Source: an uncultured delta proteobacterium
Lineage (GTDB): Bacteria; Myxococcota_A; Polyangia; Haliangiales; Haliangiaceae
DNA: 64,000 nt
Direction of reading: 5' to 3'
Assembly: GCA_963743525.1 (NCBI GenBank)
Contig: CAVUQH010000003.1
Span: 992,001-1,056,000, forward strand
Part shown: in pieces, positions 41,480 through 52,077 of the stretch
Layout of the letters: each line of letters begins with the position of its first letter
Position numbering within the stretch: the stretch's first letter is position 1
Translations under genes and position numbers: made by a program
Notes under the pieces: model-generated
Databases searched by the model: none
The model's input: only the letters and a program-made list of their open reading frames with translations
Told to the model about the DNA's origin: nothing

Positions 41480-43975
41480 ATGGACGTACGCTGCGAGAAT
41501 TGCGGTACCGAGTACGAGCTCGACGAGTCCAAGCTCAAGACGGGCGGGGTGACGGTCAAGTGCGCCAGCTGCGGCTACATGTTCAAGATCCGCAAGCGCA
41601 CGGCCGAGGCGGTGCAGGATGATTCCCGCCCGCGGATGCGTCCGTCCACGGCTCGAGGAGCCGCCGTGCCGGCCCGTGCGCGCCCCGGCACCGAGTCGGG
41701 CGCGCTGAAGAAGAAGCGCACCTGGCTGATCCGGGTCGGAGACGAGGTCAAGACCTGCAGCGAGCTGGCCAAGCTCCAGCAGTGGATCGTCGAGGGCGTG
41801 GTCGATCGCGACGCCGAGATTTCGCGCAACGGCAAGACCTGGAAGCCGCTGGGCGAGCTCGAGGAGCTGTCGATGTTCTTCGACGTCGCCGACGAGGCCA
41901 AGCGCGCGCGCACCGAGTCGGGCGCGGCGCCGGTTCGCCGGCCGCCGACGCAGCCGCCACCCGTGCCACAACCGGCAGCGCGGCGCCCGAGTGCGCCGGC
42001 CGCAGCCGCCGCGACGGCGGGCAAGGGACCGTGGCCGGTGGTGCAGAAGCCGTCGGCGCCCGCACCCGCACCCGCACCCGTCGCCGCGCCCGCACCCGCA
42101 CGCGCGCCCGCGCCCGCGCCCGTCGCCGCGCCCGCGCCCGCGCCCGTCGCCGCGCCTGCGCCCGCGCCCGTCGCCGCGCCCGCACCCGTGCACGCGCGCC
42201 CGGCGATGCCGCCGACGCCGCCGCCGTCGGGCAGTGCCGCTGAGCGCTCGACCGGCAGCTGGGCCGTGGCGCAAAAAGCGCCTCGCCTCGACCACACCGG
42301 CGACTCCGGCCCGACTGGACCTGTGGGCGGCATGGCCAAGGGCGTGCCCACGGCGGACGCCGCGTTCGCCTCTGGCGGCAAGCGCCAGGTGCGGGAGCTC
42401 GCCGACGAGCCGCACCTCACCGAGGACTACCTGTCCGTCGGCAAGCGCGGCGGCGCGGGCAAGTGGATCGCCCTGGTGTCGGTCGTCGTCATCCTCGCCG
42501 CCGCCGGCTCGGTCTACTTCTTCCTGTTCCGCAAGTCGGGCACGACGACCGCGGCCGTGCCAGCCGCAGCTGCCGACGCCGGCGCCGCGACCTCGGCGCC
42601 GCCAGTGGCCAACGGCATTCAGCCGCCCGCGCAGCCGGCGGTCACAGAGAATCCCGGCGAGGCGGCGCGCACCGCGCTGCTCGGCGACAGCGAGCTGGCC
42701 CTCGAAGATCTGGCTGGTCGGCCGACCACCGGGCCCGAGGCGCCGCCGCCGGCGCTGCGCGCGCGGATCGAGTCGGCGCTGTCGCAGCATCTCCTCGACG
42801 AGGCGCTGGCCTCGACCGACAAGAGCGAGGCCAAGAAGCTGCGCCGCGAGTCGCAGACCCGCGCCCAGGCTGCCGAGAAGCTGGCGCGCGCGGCCATCGA
42901 CGCCGACCGCAACGACGCCGACGCCAACGTCGCCATGGCCGACGCCACTCGGCTCGAGGGCAAGAAGTCGGCCGAGATCATGCGCTGGCTGCGCGCCGCT
43001 CGCCGCGCCGACGCCAACAACCGCGACGCCAACTACGTCGAGGCGCTGGCGCTGCTGCGCGACGGCAAGAAGCTCAAGGGCGTGCGCATGCTCGAGGATC
43101 TGTCCAAGGACGCCGAGTCCCTGGGCGACGTCCGGCCGTTCTATCGCATGGCGCTGATCGACTTCGAGGACCAGAAGTACGACAAGGCGCGCGAGCGGGC
43201 CAAGCAGGTGCTGGCGATGCAAGCCGGCCACGCCGGCGCCACCGCGCTGCTGTCGCGCATCGACGCGGCCACCGCGGTGGCCAACTCCGATCCGATGCCG
43301 CCCGAAGACCACGCCAACGACAGCAGCCACGACAGCGGCAACAGCTCCAGCTCGTCGGGTGGCCACGAGAGCTACGACCATCTGCTCGAGCGCGGCGACA
43401 AGAAGGCCGAGGACGGCGACTGCAAGAGCGCGTCGCAGCTCTACCAGAAGGCGCTCGACGTCAACCCGGTCGGCGTTGCCGCGCTCACCGGTCTGGGCTA
43501 CTGCCACATCGACGCCAAGCAGTTCGCCAGCGCCCACGCCAAGTTCCGCGCCGCGCTGGCGATCTCGCCCCGCTACCAGGACGCGCTGCTCGGCGTCGCC
43601 GAGGCGTACCAGCAGCAGGGGCTGGCCAAGCAGGCGATCGAGGCCTACCAGAAATTCCTCGACGACTTCCCCACCAGCGCCCGCGCCGCCCAGGTGAAAC
43701 GGCAGATCGAAAAGCTCGGCGGCGGCAGCGGCGGCGGCGACAACAGCGGCGGCGGCGACAACAGCGGCGGCGGCGACAACGGCGGCGGCGCCACGGCCCC
43801 CGGCGGCGGCGACAGCTCCGGCGGTGGTGCCACTCCATCGGGTGGCGGCGACAGCTCCGGCGGCGCCACCACGCCGCCCGCAGGTGGCGACAGCTCGGGC
43901 GGCAGCACCGACAAGCCCGCCCCGACCACGCCCCCGGCCGGCGGCAGCGACGACTCCACCGGCAGCGCCGGCTGA
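41480..43975 (+). CDS. MJ0042 Zn-ribbon + GYF-like + Pro/Ala linker + TM + periplasmic TPR protein
   Basis: CENC...VKCASC, LQQWIVEG...ISRNGKTWKPL, TM WIALVSVVVILAAAGSVYFFLF, TPRs, Gly-rich tail. Confidence 0.88.
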   Translation: MDVRCENCGTEYELDESKLKTGGVTVKCASCGYMFKIRKRTAEAVQDDSRPRMRPSTARGAAVPARARPGTESGALKKKRTWLIRVGDEVKTCSELAKLQQWIVEGVVDRDAEISRNGKTWKPLGELEELSMFFDVADEAKRARTESGAAPVRRPPTQPPPVPQPAARRPSAPAAAAATAGKGPWPVVQKPSAPAPAPAPVAAPAPARAPAPAPVAAPAPAPVAAPAPAPVAAPAPVHARPAMPPTPPPSGSAAERSTGSWAVAQKAPRLDHTGDSGPTGPVGGMAKGVPTADAAFASGGKRQVRELADEPHLTEDYLSVGKRGGAGKWIALVSVVVILAAAGSVYFFLFRKSGTTTAAVPAAAADAGAATSAPPVANGIQPPAQPAVTENPGEAARTALLGDSELALEDLAGRPTTGPEAPPPALRARIESALSQHLLDEALASTDKSEAKKLRRESQTRAQAAEKLARAAIDADRNDADANVAMADATRLEGKKSAEIMRWLRAARRADANNRDANYVEALALLRDGKKLKGVRMLEDLSKDAESLGDVRPFYRMALIDFEDQKYDKARERAKQVLAMQAGHAGATALLSRIDAATAVANSDPMPPEDHANDSSHDSGNSSSSSGGHESYDHLLERGDKKAEDGDCKSASQLYQKALDVNPVGVAALTGLGYCHIDAKQFASAHAKFRAALAISPRYQDALLGVAEAYQQQGLAKQAIEAYQKFLDDFPTSARAAQVKRQIEKLGGGSGGGDNSGGGDNSGGGDNGGGATAPGGGDSSGGGATPSGGGDSSGGATTPPAGGDSSGGSTDKPAPTTPPAGGSDDSTGSAG
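42057..42190 (+). repeat. Coding Pro/Ala repeat (APAPAPVA)n
   Basis: Degenerate 24-bp units built from gcgccc/gcaccc. Confidence 0.85.
43717..43905 (+). repeat. Coding Gly-rich repeats (GGGDNS / GGGDSSGG)
   Basis: ggcggcggcgacaacagc-type units. Confidence 0.8.
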
Positions 43976-44118
43976 GATTCCCGTCTGAACGCGGCGTAGC
44001 GGCCGGTACCCTCGGCGCAGCCCGCAACTCTGGCGGTGAGGCGACAGCCCCCGATCCCCCGGCGGGAGCCCCCGGATCGCGACCCGCATGTGTCCGTATT
44101 TTCCATAGGTTGACCGTC

Positions 44119-44134
44119 TGGCACCCACCTTGCG
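44119..44134 (+). promoter_or_regulatory. sigma54 -24/-12 promoter
   Basis: TGGCACCCACCTTGCG matches TGGCAC-N5-TTGC. Confidence 0.75.
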
Positions 44135-44147
44135 TAGCCCTACCGGT

Positions 44148-47100
44148 ATGCCGGCCGCGTACCCCGAGTCCCTCGTCGCCACCCTGATGGAAGCCCTGGC
44201 CGCGGAGCTGCCCGACGTCTCCGCTGACCGCTTGCGTCAGGCGGCGGAACGGGCCGCGGGACTGGTCCACGAGCCGGACGACGACGTCGAGGTGGACGAC
44301 TACCTGGCCCGGGTCGACGCCGCCACCGACTCGGGCGAGCGCGCGCGTCTGCTGCGCGAGCTGGCCGCGACCCTCGAGCGCACCGGCGATGTCGACCGCG
44401 CGCTGTCGGCGCGGATCGGCGCTCTGGCCGAGGACGCGGACGGTGCCTCGGGCGAGCGCCTGACTCGATTGGCGCGCGCGAGTGAGCGCACCGACGAGCT
44501 GGCTGCCGCCCTCGACGCGGTCCTGGCCAGCGAGCTCGACGGCGACACCGCCGCGGAGCTGGGCCTGGCGCTGGCGTCGATCCACCGCGATGCCGGTCGC
44601 GCCGGCGATGCGTTGGCCGCGCTCGAGAGCGCGGCGCGCAGCGCCCCCCGGCGCGCCGATGTGCTGCGCGCGCTGTCCGATGCCTACGTCGGTGCCGGAC
44701 GCCTGCGCGCATCGCTCGACGTGCTCGCGCGGCTGGTCAACGCCACCGCGAGCGGACCCGAGCTGGCCAACCTGTACCGCGAGCTGGCCGCCGGCTGGCA
44801 GCGGCTCGATCGCTTCGACCGCGCTGCCGAGTGCTGGGAGTGGGTGCTGTCGCTGGCGCCGGAGGACGAGGACGCCTACGCCGTGCTCGAGCCGCTCTAC
44901 CGCGAGAGCCGCAATCTGTCCGCCCTGGTCCATCTGATGTGTCGCCGCGCCGAGCGCTGTGCCCCCGCCGAGCGCGCCGACGTCTTCGTCGCCGTGGCCG
45001 AGATCTACCGCCACGAGCTGGGTGACACCGGCCGCGCGGTCGACTTCTATCGCGCCGCCGCCGACAACGCGCCCGACCGCCTCGACATCCTGTTCGACTC
45101 TGGCCGCGCTGTGCCAGGAGCGCGAGGCCCATGACGACGCCATCGTCGCGCTCGAGCGGATCGCCCGCGCGACCCCCGACCGGCAGGCCAGCGCTCGCGT
45201 GCTGCGCCAGGCCGGCACCATCGCCTGGCGGGCGCTGAGCAGCGCCGACACCGCGCGCGACCTGATCGCCCGTTCCCTCGACGCCGACCCCGACTGCGTG
45301 GCGTCGATCGAAGAGCTGGCAGCACTGCACCGCGAGCGGGGCGAGCTGCCGGCGGCCATCGAGGTGCTGTCCGACGCCGCCCGGCGCCCGGCGCTGGCCG
45401 ATCACGCGGTGCGCCTGCTGTGCGACGCCGCGTCGCTGAGCATCAGCATCGGCGACCACGACGGCGCCGTCGAGCTGGCGCGTTCGGCGCGCTTTGCCGA
45501 CATGACCGATCAGCGGGCCTGCGAGCTGCTGGCCGACCTGTTGTGGGAGGAGCGGTCGCTCGACGAGCTGGTGCCGCTGCTCGAGCTGTTGTGCCACCGC
45601 ACCGCCGATCCGCAGGCGCTGCGCCTGCGCCTGTCGCAGCTGGGCAACGCCGCCGCCGAGACCGGCCGGGACGACCTGGCGCACGACGCGCTGGCACGGG
45701 CCGTCGAGCTGGCGCCCGACGACCTGGCCGCACACCGCGCACTGGGCGACCTGTTGTTCGATCAGGAGGAGTGGGGCGAGGCCGTGGCGGTGCTGGAGAG
45801 CCTGCTCCACCAGCACGAAGACCGGCTGCCCACCGCCGACTGCGTCGAGCTGCACTACCGCGCCGGCCGCTCGGCCCGCGAGCTGGGGCAGACCGACCGC
45901 GCGCGCCTCCACATCGAGACCGCGCTGGCGCTCGACTCCTCGCACCGGCCGTCGCTGCTGCTCCACGCCCGCGTCGGCGACGGCGACCCGACCGCGCTGG
46001 TCGCCGATCAGTTGGCGCTGGCGGCGTCGGCACCGCCGGACCAGCAGGCGGCGATCCTGGCCGGCATCGGCGATCTGTACGCAGAGCGCGGCGACCGCGC
46101 GTCGGCCCGGCAGATGTACCGCGAGGCGCTGGCGCATCGACCGACCGATCACCTGTTGCTGAGCAAGTGCCTGTCGATGGTCGCCGAGCAGGGCGACTGG
46201 AGCGTGAGCCTGGATCTACTCGAGCGTCTGATCGACACCGAGGCCGCGGGCGAGGTGCGCGCCAAGTATTGCCACGTCGCCGCGATGATCTGTCGCGACG
46301 AGCTCGAGCGGCACGACGACGCCGTCGATCTGCTGCACGAGGCGATCGACGCCGACCCGGCCATGCAAGAGGCGGCCGACGCCATCGAGGAGCTGCTCGC
46401 GGGTCGCGACGAAGAGCTGGCGCGCTTCTACTACCAGCGCCTCGACCAGCTGCGCTCGCGGCCGGACCAGTCCGACGAGCGGCTGCGCTTGTGGGACCAG
46501 CTGGCGGCGGTGTGTGATCGCCTGGGTCTGACCGACGACGCCCTGTGCGCCCACGAGGTCGCAGTCGAGCTCGACCCGACGGACGCCGGACGGCGGCAGA
46601 AGCTGGCCGACCGCTACCTGGCCAGGGGCGACGACGGTCGCGACAAGGCAATCGTCCAGCACCAGTCGATCCTCCGCCACGCGCGGCGGCGCGTCGCCTC
46701 GTACGAGGCGTTGCGCGGCCTGTACTGGGCCACCAGCCAGCCGGACAAGGCGCGCGCCTGTGACGCCGCGCTCGACGTCATCGGCATGCGTCCAGTGGCC
46801 GCGCGCTCGCGGGTGCCGACCGCGCGACCGATGGCGCTCGAGGCCACCGGCCCGGTGCTGACCGCGAAGGACTATCACGACCTGGCGCTGGGCGGCGTCG
46901 ACCGCTTGCTGTCGGTGTTGTTTGCCCGCGTCGCGCCGGTACTGGCGCGCCATCGCGCCCATCCGACCGCGCGCGGCCGCGCCGTGCGCGCCAGCGACCC
47001 GCGGCCTTTCGCCCGCGCCTTCCGCCACGTCGCGGCGGTGATGGGCGTCGAGCTACCGCTTGCCACCGTCGATACCCATCAGGCTGCGGCCTGCGTCATC

Positions 47101-47673
47101 CAGCTGCGCGAGACCGACGGCGTCATCGCCCCGGTGGCGACCTTCGGGCGCGCCGCCCTCGACGGCGGCGGCGACGACCGCGCGCTGGTCTTCAGCATCA
47201 CCCAGCGGTTGGTCGACCTGCGCGGCGATCGGTTCGCTCGCCTGCTCTGTCCCCGCGCCGACGAGCTGGCTGCCATCGTCGAGCTCGCCCTCGCCCTGGG
47301 CACCGGCGGTGCGGAAGCGGTCGCCGGCACCAGCAACACGGCTCGCTGGCTGGCCGAAACCCTGCGCCCGATCGAGGTCGACCAGCTGACCACCATCGGC
47401 GCTCGGCTGGCCGAGCGCGGCGTCGACCCGGCCCGCGCCGCCGCCAGCTGGCTCGACGCCACCGACCGCGTCGCCGACCGGATCGCCTATCTGATGTGCG
47501 GCGACCTGGCCACCTGCGTGCGCGCCATCGAACGCGAGCCGGCTGCCCGCATCACTGCTCGCGATCGCATCCTCGACCTGGTCTGGGCCAGCGTCACCGA
47601 GGAGATGTTCGCGGTGACGGCGCGACTGGAGCAGGGCGGGGCCGACGCCAGCGCCGAAACCGACGTCGCCTAG
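44148..47673 (+). pseudogene. Large TPR protein interrupted by one +1 frameshift near 45093-45099 (real pseudogene or sequencing error)
   Basis: The TPR pattern continues across frames: ...RLDILF|TLAALCQERE... The C-terminal domain resembles that of 9029..15424. Confidence 0.75.
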
Positions 47674-48668
47674 GCAGCTCGGTCCGCACGGATGATCCGT
47701 TGCTCGCCGCCCGCCAGGGCGACGCGGATCGCCAGCTGGCCGGCGCCGTTGATCGACACCGGGTTGAGCGCCAGGTCGACCACGCCGTCATCGCCGAGGC
47801 CGACGATCCGGTCGGCGATCGGGTCGGGTCCACTGTAGATGCCCAGCGCGCCGCCCGCGGGCGTGGCGTAGAAGATCACGCGCCCGGCGTCGTCGACCAG
47901 TGCGCCGCGAAAGCTGGAGAAGCCGGCGCCGGTGTCGACCAGCGGGTCACCGCCGGCGGCGAAGATGCCACTGCCGCCGCCGGCCAGCACCGCGGCGAAG
48001 ACGACCGTTCCGCGGTCGTTGGCCGCGGGGAAGCGGCCCAGCTCGGCGAAGCGCTCGCCGGTCTCGGCGATGGTCTCCAGCTGTCCGTCCCGCCAGCGAT
48101 AGATGCCGTCCCCGCCGCCGGCGCGCCGGGCGCGAAACAGCACCGCGCCGTCGCCGGTGATCACCGGAATGCCCTCGAATCCGGCCAGCTCATCGCCGCT
48201 GTCGGCGACGGTGGTGATGCCGCCGGCCGCGGCGACGAACAGGCCGTCCCCGCCGTCCGTCCCGGTGGCGCGAAAGGCCACCGCGCCGCCGGCGTTCATG
48301 CTCGGGCCGAGGGGGCCGATGGCGGTGAACTGCTCGCCGGTGTCGGCCAGCGTCCGCGTCGCGCCGCCGCCGGCGATCACCAGCGCCTCGCGGCCGCCCG
48401 CGCGCCGGACGTAGAAGCAGACCTCACCGCCGTGGCCGGCGTCCGGGTGACTCACCACGTCGCCGCGAGCCAGCTCGGCCACCTCGCCGCCACTGCCGGC
48501 GAAGACGCCGCTGCCGCCGCCGGCCAGCTCGGCCTGGAACGCGACCACCCCGCGATCGTCAACCGACGCCACGTACGGGGAGAAGTCGACGAACCGGTCG
48601 CCGCTGCGCGTGATCGTGGTGAGCGCGAGGCGATCCGGGTGCAAATGAGGCGTCACGGGCTGGATCAT
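47670..48668 (-). CDS. NxxGxxAF tandem-repeat (beta-propeller-like) protein
   Basis: Repeats DDRGVVAF, NAGGAVAF, GDGAVLF, NDRGTVVF, DDAGRVIF, NGAGQLAI. Confidence 0.8.
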   Translation of the reverse strand: MIQPVTPHLHPDRLALTTITRSGDRFVDFSPYVASVDDRGVVAFQAELAGGGSGVFAGSGGEVAELARGDVVSHPDAGHGGEVCFYVRRAGGREALVIAGGGATRTLADTGEQFTAIGPLGPSMNAGGAVAFRATGTDGGDGLFVAAAGGITTVADSGDELAGFEGIPVITGDGAVLFRARRAGGGDGIYRWRDGQLETIAETGERFAELGRFPAANDRGTVVFAAVLAGGGSGIFAAGGDPLVDTGAGFSSFRGALVDDAGRVIFYATPAGGALGIYSGPDPIADRIVGLGDDGVVDLALNPVSINGAGQLAIRVALAGGEQRIIRADRAA

Positions 48669-48694
48669 TATAAGCTCGACCCGAAGTGGCTCTG

Positions 48695-50296
48695 ATGCTC
48701 GCGGAACCGCGGTCGCTTCTCGCGCCCCGCACCGAGGCCGAGCTCGCCGCGCTGTGCGGCCGGCTGGGCGCCGCCCGCGACTCGCGAACGACCGCCCGCG
48801 AGCGCGCCCTGATCGCCCGCGGCGGGCCGGTCGCCCGCGAGCTGGTCAACGCCGCGCGGGCGGCGATCCTGGCCGGCGGCGATCCTCTCGGCAGCTGGTT
48901 TTCGGCCCTGCGCACGCCGCGGCAGCGGCGCCGCCTGGGCGCCACCTACACGCCGGCGCCGATCATCGGCGCGATGGTCGCCTGGGCGCACGGCGCCGCC
49001 GCGCCGGTTCGCGTGGTCGATCCCGGCGCCGGCTCCGGCCGCTTCGTGCGCGAGGCCGCCCGCGTCTTTCCCGGCGCCCGGCTGATCGCCGTGGACGTCG
49101 ATCCGCTGGCGGCGCTGATGTGTCGGGCCAACTTCGCGGTGCTCGGGCTCGCCGATCGCGCCGAGGTTCGCCTCGGCGACTACCGCCGCCTGCGTCTGCC
49201 CGCTGTCGCCGGCCCGACGCTGTTCGTCGGCAACCCGCCGTACGTGCGCCACCACGACGTCGACCCGCGGTGGAAGCGCTGGTTGGCCGACACCGCCCAG
49301 CGCCGCGGCTTTCGCGCCAGCCGCCTGGCCGGCCTGCACGTGCATTTCTTCCTCGCCACGCTGCAGCGCGCCCGCCCCGGCGACGTCGGCGCGTTCATCA
49401 CCGCCGGCGAGTGGCTCGACGTCAACTACGGGCGTCTGGTGCGCGAGCTCCTGGTCGGCCCGCTCGGGCTGATCCGTCTCGATCTCCTCGACCCGCGCGC
49501 CCGCGCCTTCGACGACGCGCAGACCACGGCGGCAATCGCCTGCTTCCGCGTCGGCAGCGCTGCGCCGACCGTGCGCGTGCGCGGCGTCGATCGCCCCGAG
49601 TGCCTGGGCGCGCTCACCGGCGGTCGCTCGGTCCGCCGCGACGAGCTTGGCGCCGCGTCTCGGTGGAGCGTGGTCGGGCGCCGCCGCGACCGCACCGATC
49701 GGGTCGAGCTGGGCGAGCTGTGCCGCGTCCACCGCGGCCAGGTGACCGGCGCCAACGCGGTGTGGATCGCCGGGCCCGACACGCCGCCGCTTCCCGTCGC
49801 GCTGCTCCACCCGACCATCACTCGTGCGCGCGAGCTGTTTGCCGCCGGCGCCGTGCTCGCCTCGGCCGATCACCTGCGCCGCGTCGTCGACCTGCCGGCC
49901 GACCTCGACGCGGTCAACGCCGACACCCGCGCCGCCATCGATCGCTTTCTCGCCTGGGCTCGCGCCGCCGGCGCTCACCAGCGCTACATCGCGCGCCACC
50001 GCGCGCCGTGGTGGTCGGTTCGCCTGCGCGCACCGGCGCCGATCCTGGCCACGTACATGGCGCGCCGACCACCGGCGTTCGTGCGCAACCTCGCCGGCGC
50101 CCGCCACATCAACATCGCCCACGGCCTCTACCCGCGGGAGCCGATGTCGGCGGCGCGCCTCGACGCGCTCGCCCGCTATCTCTCCTCGTCGGTGTCAACC
50201 GACGACGGCCGCACCTACGCCGGCGGCCTGACCAAGTTCGAGCCGCGCGAGATGGAGCGGTTGCTGGTGCCGACCCCCGCCGCGCTCGACGGTTGA
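48695..50296 (+). CDS. N6-adenine DNA methyltransferase, gamma order
   Basis: GATYTP, VDPGAGSGRF, VGNPPYVRH, C-terminal GRTYAGGLTKFEPRE. Start is 48686 or 48695. Confidence 0.9.
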   Translation: MLAEPRSLLAPRTEAELAALCGRLGAARDSRTTARERALIARGGPVARELVNAARAAILAGGDPLGSWFSALRTPRQRRRLGATYTPAPIIGAMVAWAHGAAAPVRVVDPGAGSGRFVREAARVFPGARLIAVDVDPLAALMCRANFAVLGLADRAEVRLGDYRRLRLPAVAGPTLFVGNPPYVRHHDVDPRWKRWLADTAQRRGFRASRLAGLHVHFFLATLQRARPGDVGAFITAGEWLDVNYGRLVRELLVGPLGLIRLDLLDPRARAFDDAQTTAAIACFRVGSAAPTVRVRGVDRPECLGALTGGRSVRRDELGAASRWSVVGRRRDRTDRVELGELCRVHRGQVTGANAVWIAGPDTPPLPVALLHPTITRARELFAAGAVLASADHLRRVVDLPADLDAVNADTRAAIDRFLAWARAAGAHQRYIARHRAPWWSVRLRAPAPILATYMARRPPAFVRNLAGARHINIAHGLYPREPMSAARLDALARYLSSSVSTDDGRTYAGGLTKFEPREMERLLVPTPAALDG

Positions 50297-50316
50297 GCCC
50301 CTGCTACACTGCGGGC

Positions 50317-51972
50317 ATGGGCCGGGGCGCCGACGAGGTGGCGAGGGAGGAGCTGGAGCGGGGGCGCGCCTGCTACCGGCGGCACGAGTGGGCCGACGCG
50401 TACGACGCGCTGTCGCAGGCCGATGCCGCGTCGGCGCTGGCGGTCGAAGATCTGGAGCGGCTCGCCTGGTCGGCCGCGTTGTCCGGCCACGACGACGTCT
50501 ACCTGCCGGTGTCCGAGCGCGTCTACCACGCCCACGATGCCGCCGGCGAGCACGCCAGCGCCGCGTACTGGGCGTTTTGGATGGGGCTGCGGCTGATGTC
50601 GATGACCGAGACCGCGCGCGGCGCCGGCTGGCTGTCGCGCGCGCAGCGATCGGTCGAGCGGGTCGACGGCGACTGCGTGACGCGCGGCTACTTGCTGTTG
50701 CCGATGGCCGCCCGTCATCTGGGCGCCGGCGATCTCGACGCCGCCCACGACGCGGCCGCGCGGGCGGCCGAGATCGGCGAGCAGTTCGCCGACGCCGATC
50801 TGAGCTCGTTCGCCCGCCAGTTCCAGGGCCGTGCGCTGCTGCGCCGCGGCGACACCGAGCGCGGAATCGCCCTGCTCGACGAGTCGATGATCGCGGTGAC
50901 CTCGCGCGAGCTGTCTCCGCTGGTCGCCGGCCTGGTCTACTGCACCGCCATCTCCACCTGCCAGCAGGCGCTGGCCCTGGACCGCGCGCGCGAGTGGACG
51001 ACGGCGCTGGCGACCTGGTGCGCCAGCGAGCCGCAGGTGACGCCGTTCAACGGGGCCTGCCTGGTTCATCGATCGCAGATCCTGCAGCTGGCCGGCGACT
51101 GGTCCGAAGCGCTCGAAGAGGCCAAGCGGGCGTGCGAGAAGGTCACGGATAAGGACCCGCAGGCGCTGGGCGACGCCTGCTACGAGCGCGCCGAGCTGCA
51201 CCGCCTGCGCGGCGAGCTGGACGCCGCCGAGGAGGCCTACCGCCACGCCAGTCAGGTCGGACGCGAGCCACAGCCGGGTCTGGCGCTGCTGCGCCTGGCG
51301 CAGGGCCGGACGGGCGACGCCGTCAGCTCGATCCGCCGCGTGCTGGCGACCACCACCAGCGCCTGGCGGCGACCGCAGTTTTTGCCCGCGTGCGTGGAGA
51401 TCCTCCTGGCCGCCGGCGAGGTCGACGAGGCCCGCGCCGCCAGCGCCGAGCTCGACCAGCTGGCGCAGCGCTTCGACACCGAGATCCTTCACGCCCTGGC
51501 CGCGCAGGCGCGGGGCGCCGTGCTCGTGGCCGGCGGTGACGCCGGCGCCGCGGTCGATCCACTGCGCCGCGCCTTTCGCTGCTGGCAGGCCGTCGGCGCG
51601 CCGTACATCGCCGCGCGCATCCGCGTGCTGCTCGGTCGCGCCTGCGAGGCGCTGGGCGATCGCGACGGCGCCGAGCTCGAGCGTCAGGCCGCGCGCCAGG
51701 TGTTCGAAGAGCTGGGCGCCGCCCCCGATCTCGCCGCGCTCGACGGGGAAGCGCGGGGCGCGACAACCCCGTCCGACACCCACGGCCTGTCGCCGCGCGA
51801 GCTCGAGGTGGTGCGCCTGGTCGCCCAGGGCAAGACCAACAGGGAAATCGCCGGTGAGCTGGGCGTCAGCGAGCGAACCATCGACCGCCACGTCAGCAAT
51901 ATCTTCACCAAGCTCGACGTCTCGACCCGCGCTGCCGCCACCGCGTTCGCCTACGAGAACGGCCTGGTCTGA
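50317..51972 (+). CDS. LuxR-family regulator with TPR-like N-terminal region
   Basis: C-terminal LSPRELEVVRLVAQGKTNREIAGELGVSERTIDRHVSNIFTKL. Real start is ATG 50317 inside track ORF 48754..51972. Confidence 0.92.
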   Translation: MGRGADEVAREELERGRACYRRHEWADAYDALSQADAASALAVEDLERLAWSAALSGHDDVYLPVSERVYHAHDAAGEHASAAYWAFWMGLRLMSMTETARGAGWLSRAQRSVERVDGDCVTRGYLLLPMAARHLGAGDLDAAHDAAARAAEIGEQFADADLSSFARQFQGRALLRRGDTERGIALLDESMIAVTSRELSPLVAGLVYCTAISTCQQALALDRAREWTTALATWCASEPQVTPFNGACLVHRSQILQLAGDWSEALEEAKRACEKVTDKDPQALGDACYERAELHRLRGELDAAEEAYRHASQVGREPQPGLALLRLAQGRTGDAVSSIRRVLATTTSAWRRPQFLPACVEILLAAGEVDEARAASAELDQLAQRFDTEILHALAAQARGAVLVAGGDAGAAVDPLRRAFRCWQAVGAPYIAARIRVLLGRACEALGDRDGAELERQAARQVFEELGAAPDLAALDGEARGATTPSDTHGLSPRELEVVRLVAQGKTNREIAGELGVSERTIDRHVSNIFTKLDVSTRAAATAFAYENGLV

Positions 51973-51990
51973 CCCACGGGTTTCTCCGCA

Positions 51991-52006
51991 TGGGTAGAAC
52001 TACCCA
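51991..52006. promoter_or_regulatory. Palindromic operator, candidate site for the adjacent LuxR protein
   Basis: TGGGTAG-aa-CTACCCA perfect inverted repeat between the regulator and the monooxygenase. Confidence 0.65.
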
Positions 52007-52077
52007 CTCGGAATTACGGCGCAAATTGGGGAATTGTGCCGAAGCGAAGGGGCGTTGCCGGACCTACGGTGGTCGAC

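Noticed and set aside
45085..45105. Programmed ribosomal frameshift
   Set aside because: No slippery heptamer or other recoding signal is seen; an indel is the simpler explanation
48754..50316. N-terminal 521-aa extension of the LuxR protein
   Set aside because: It is an alternate frame of the methyltransferase gene. A -10 element and ATG at 50317 define the real start.
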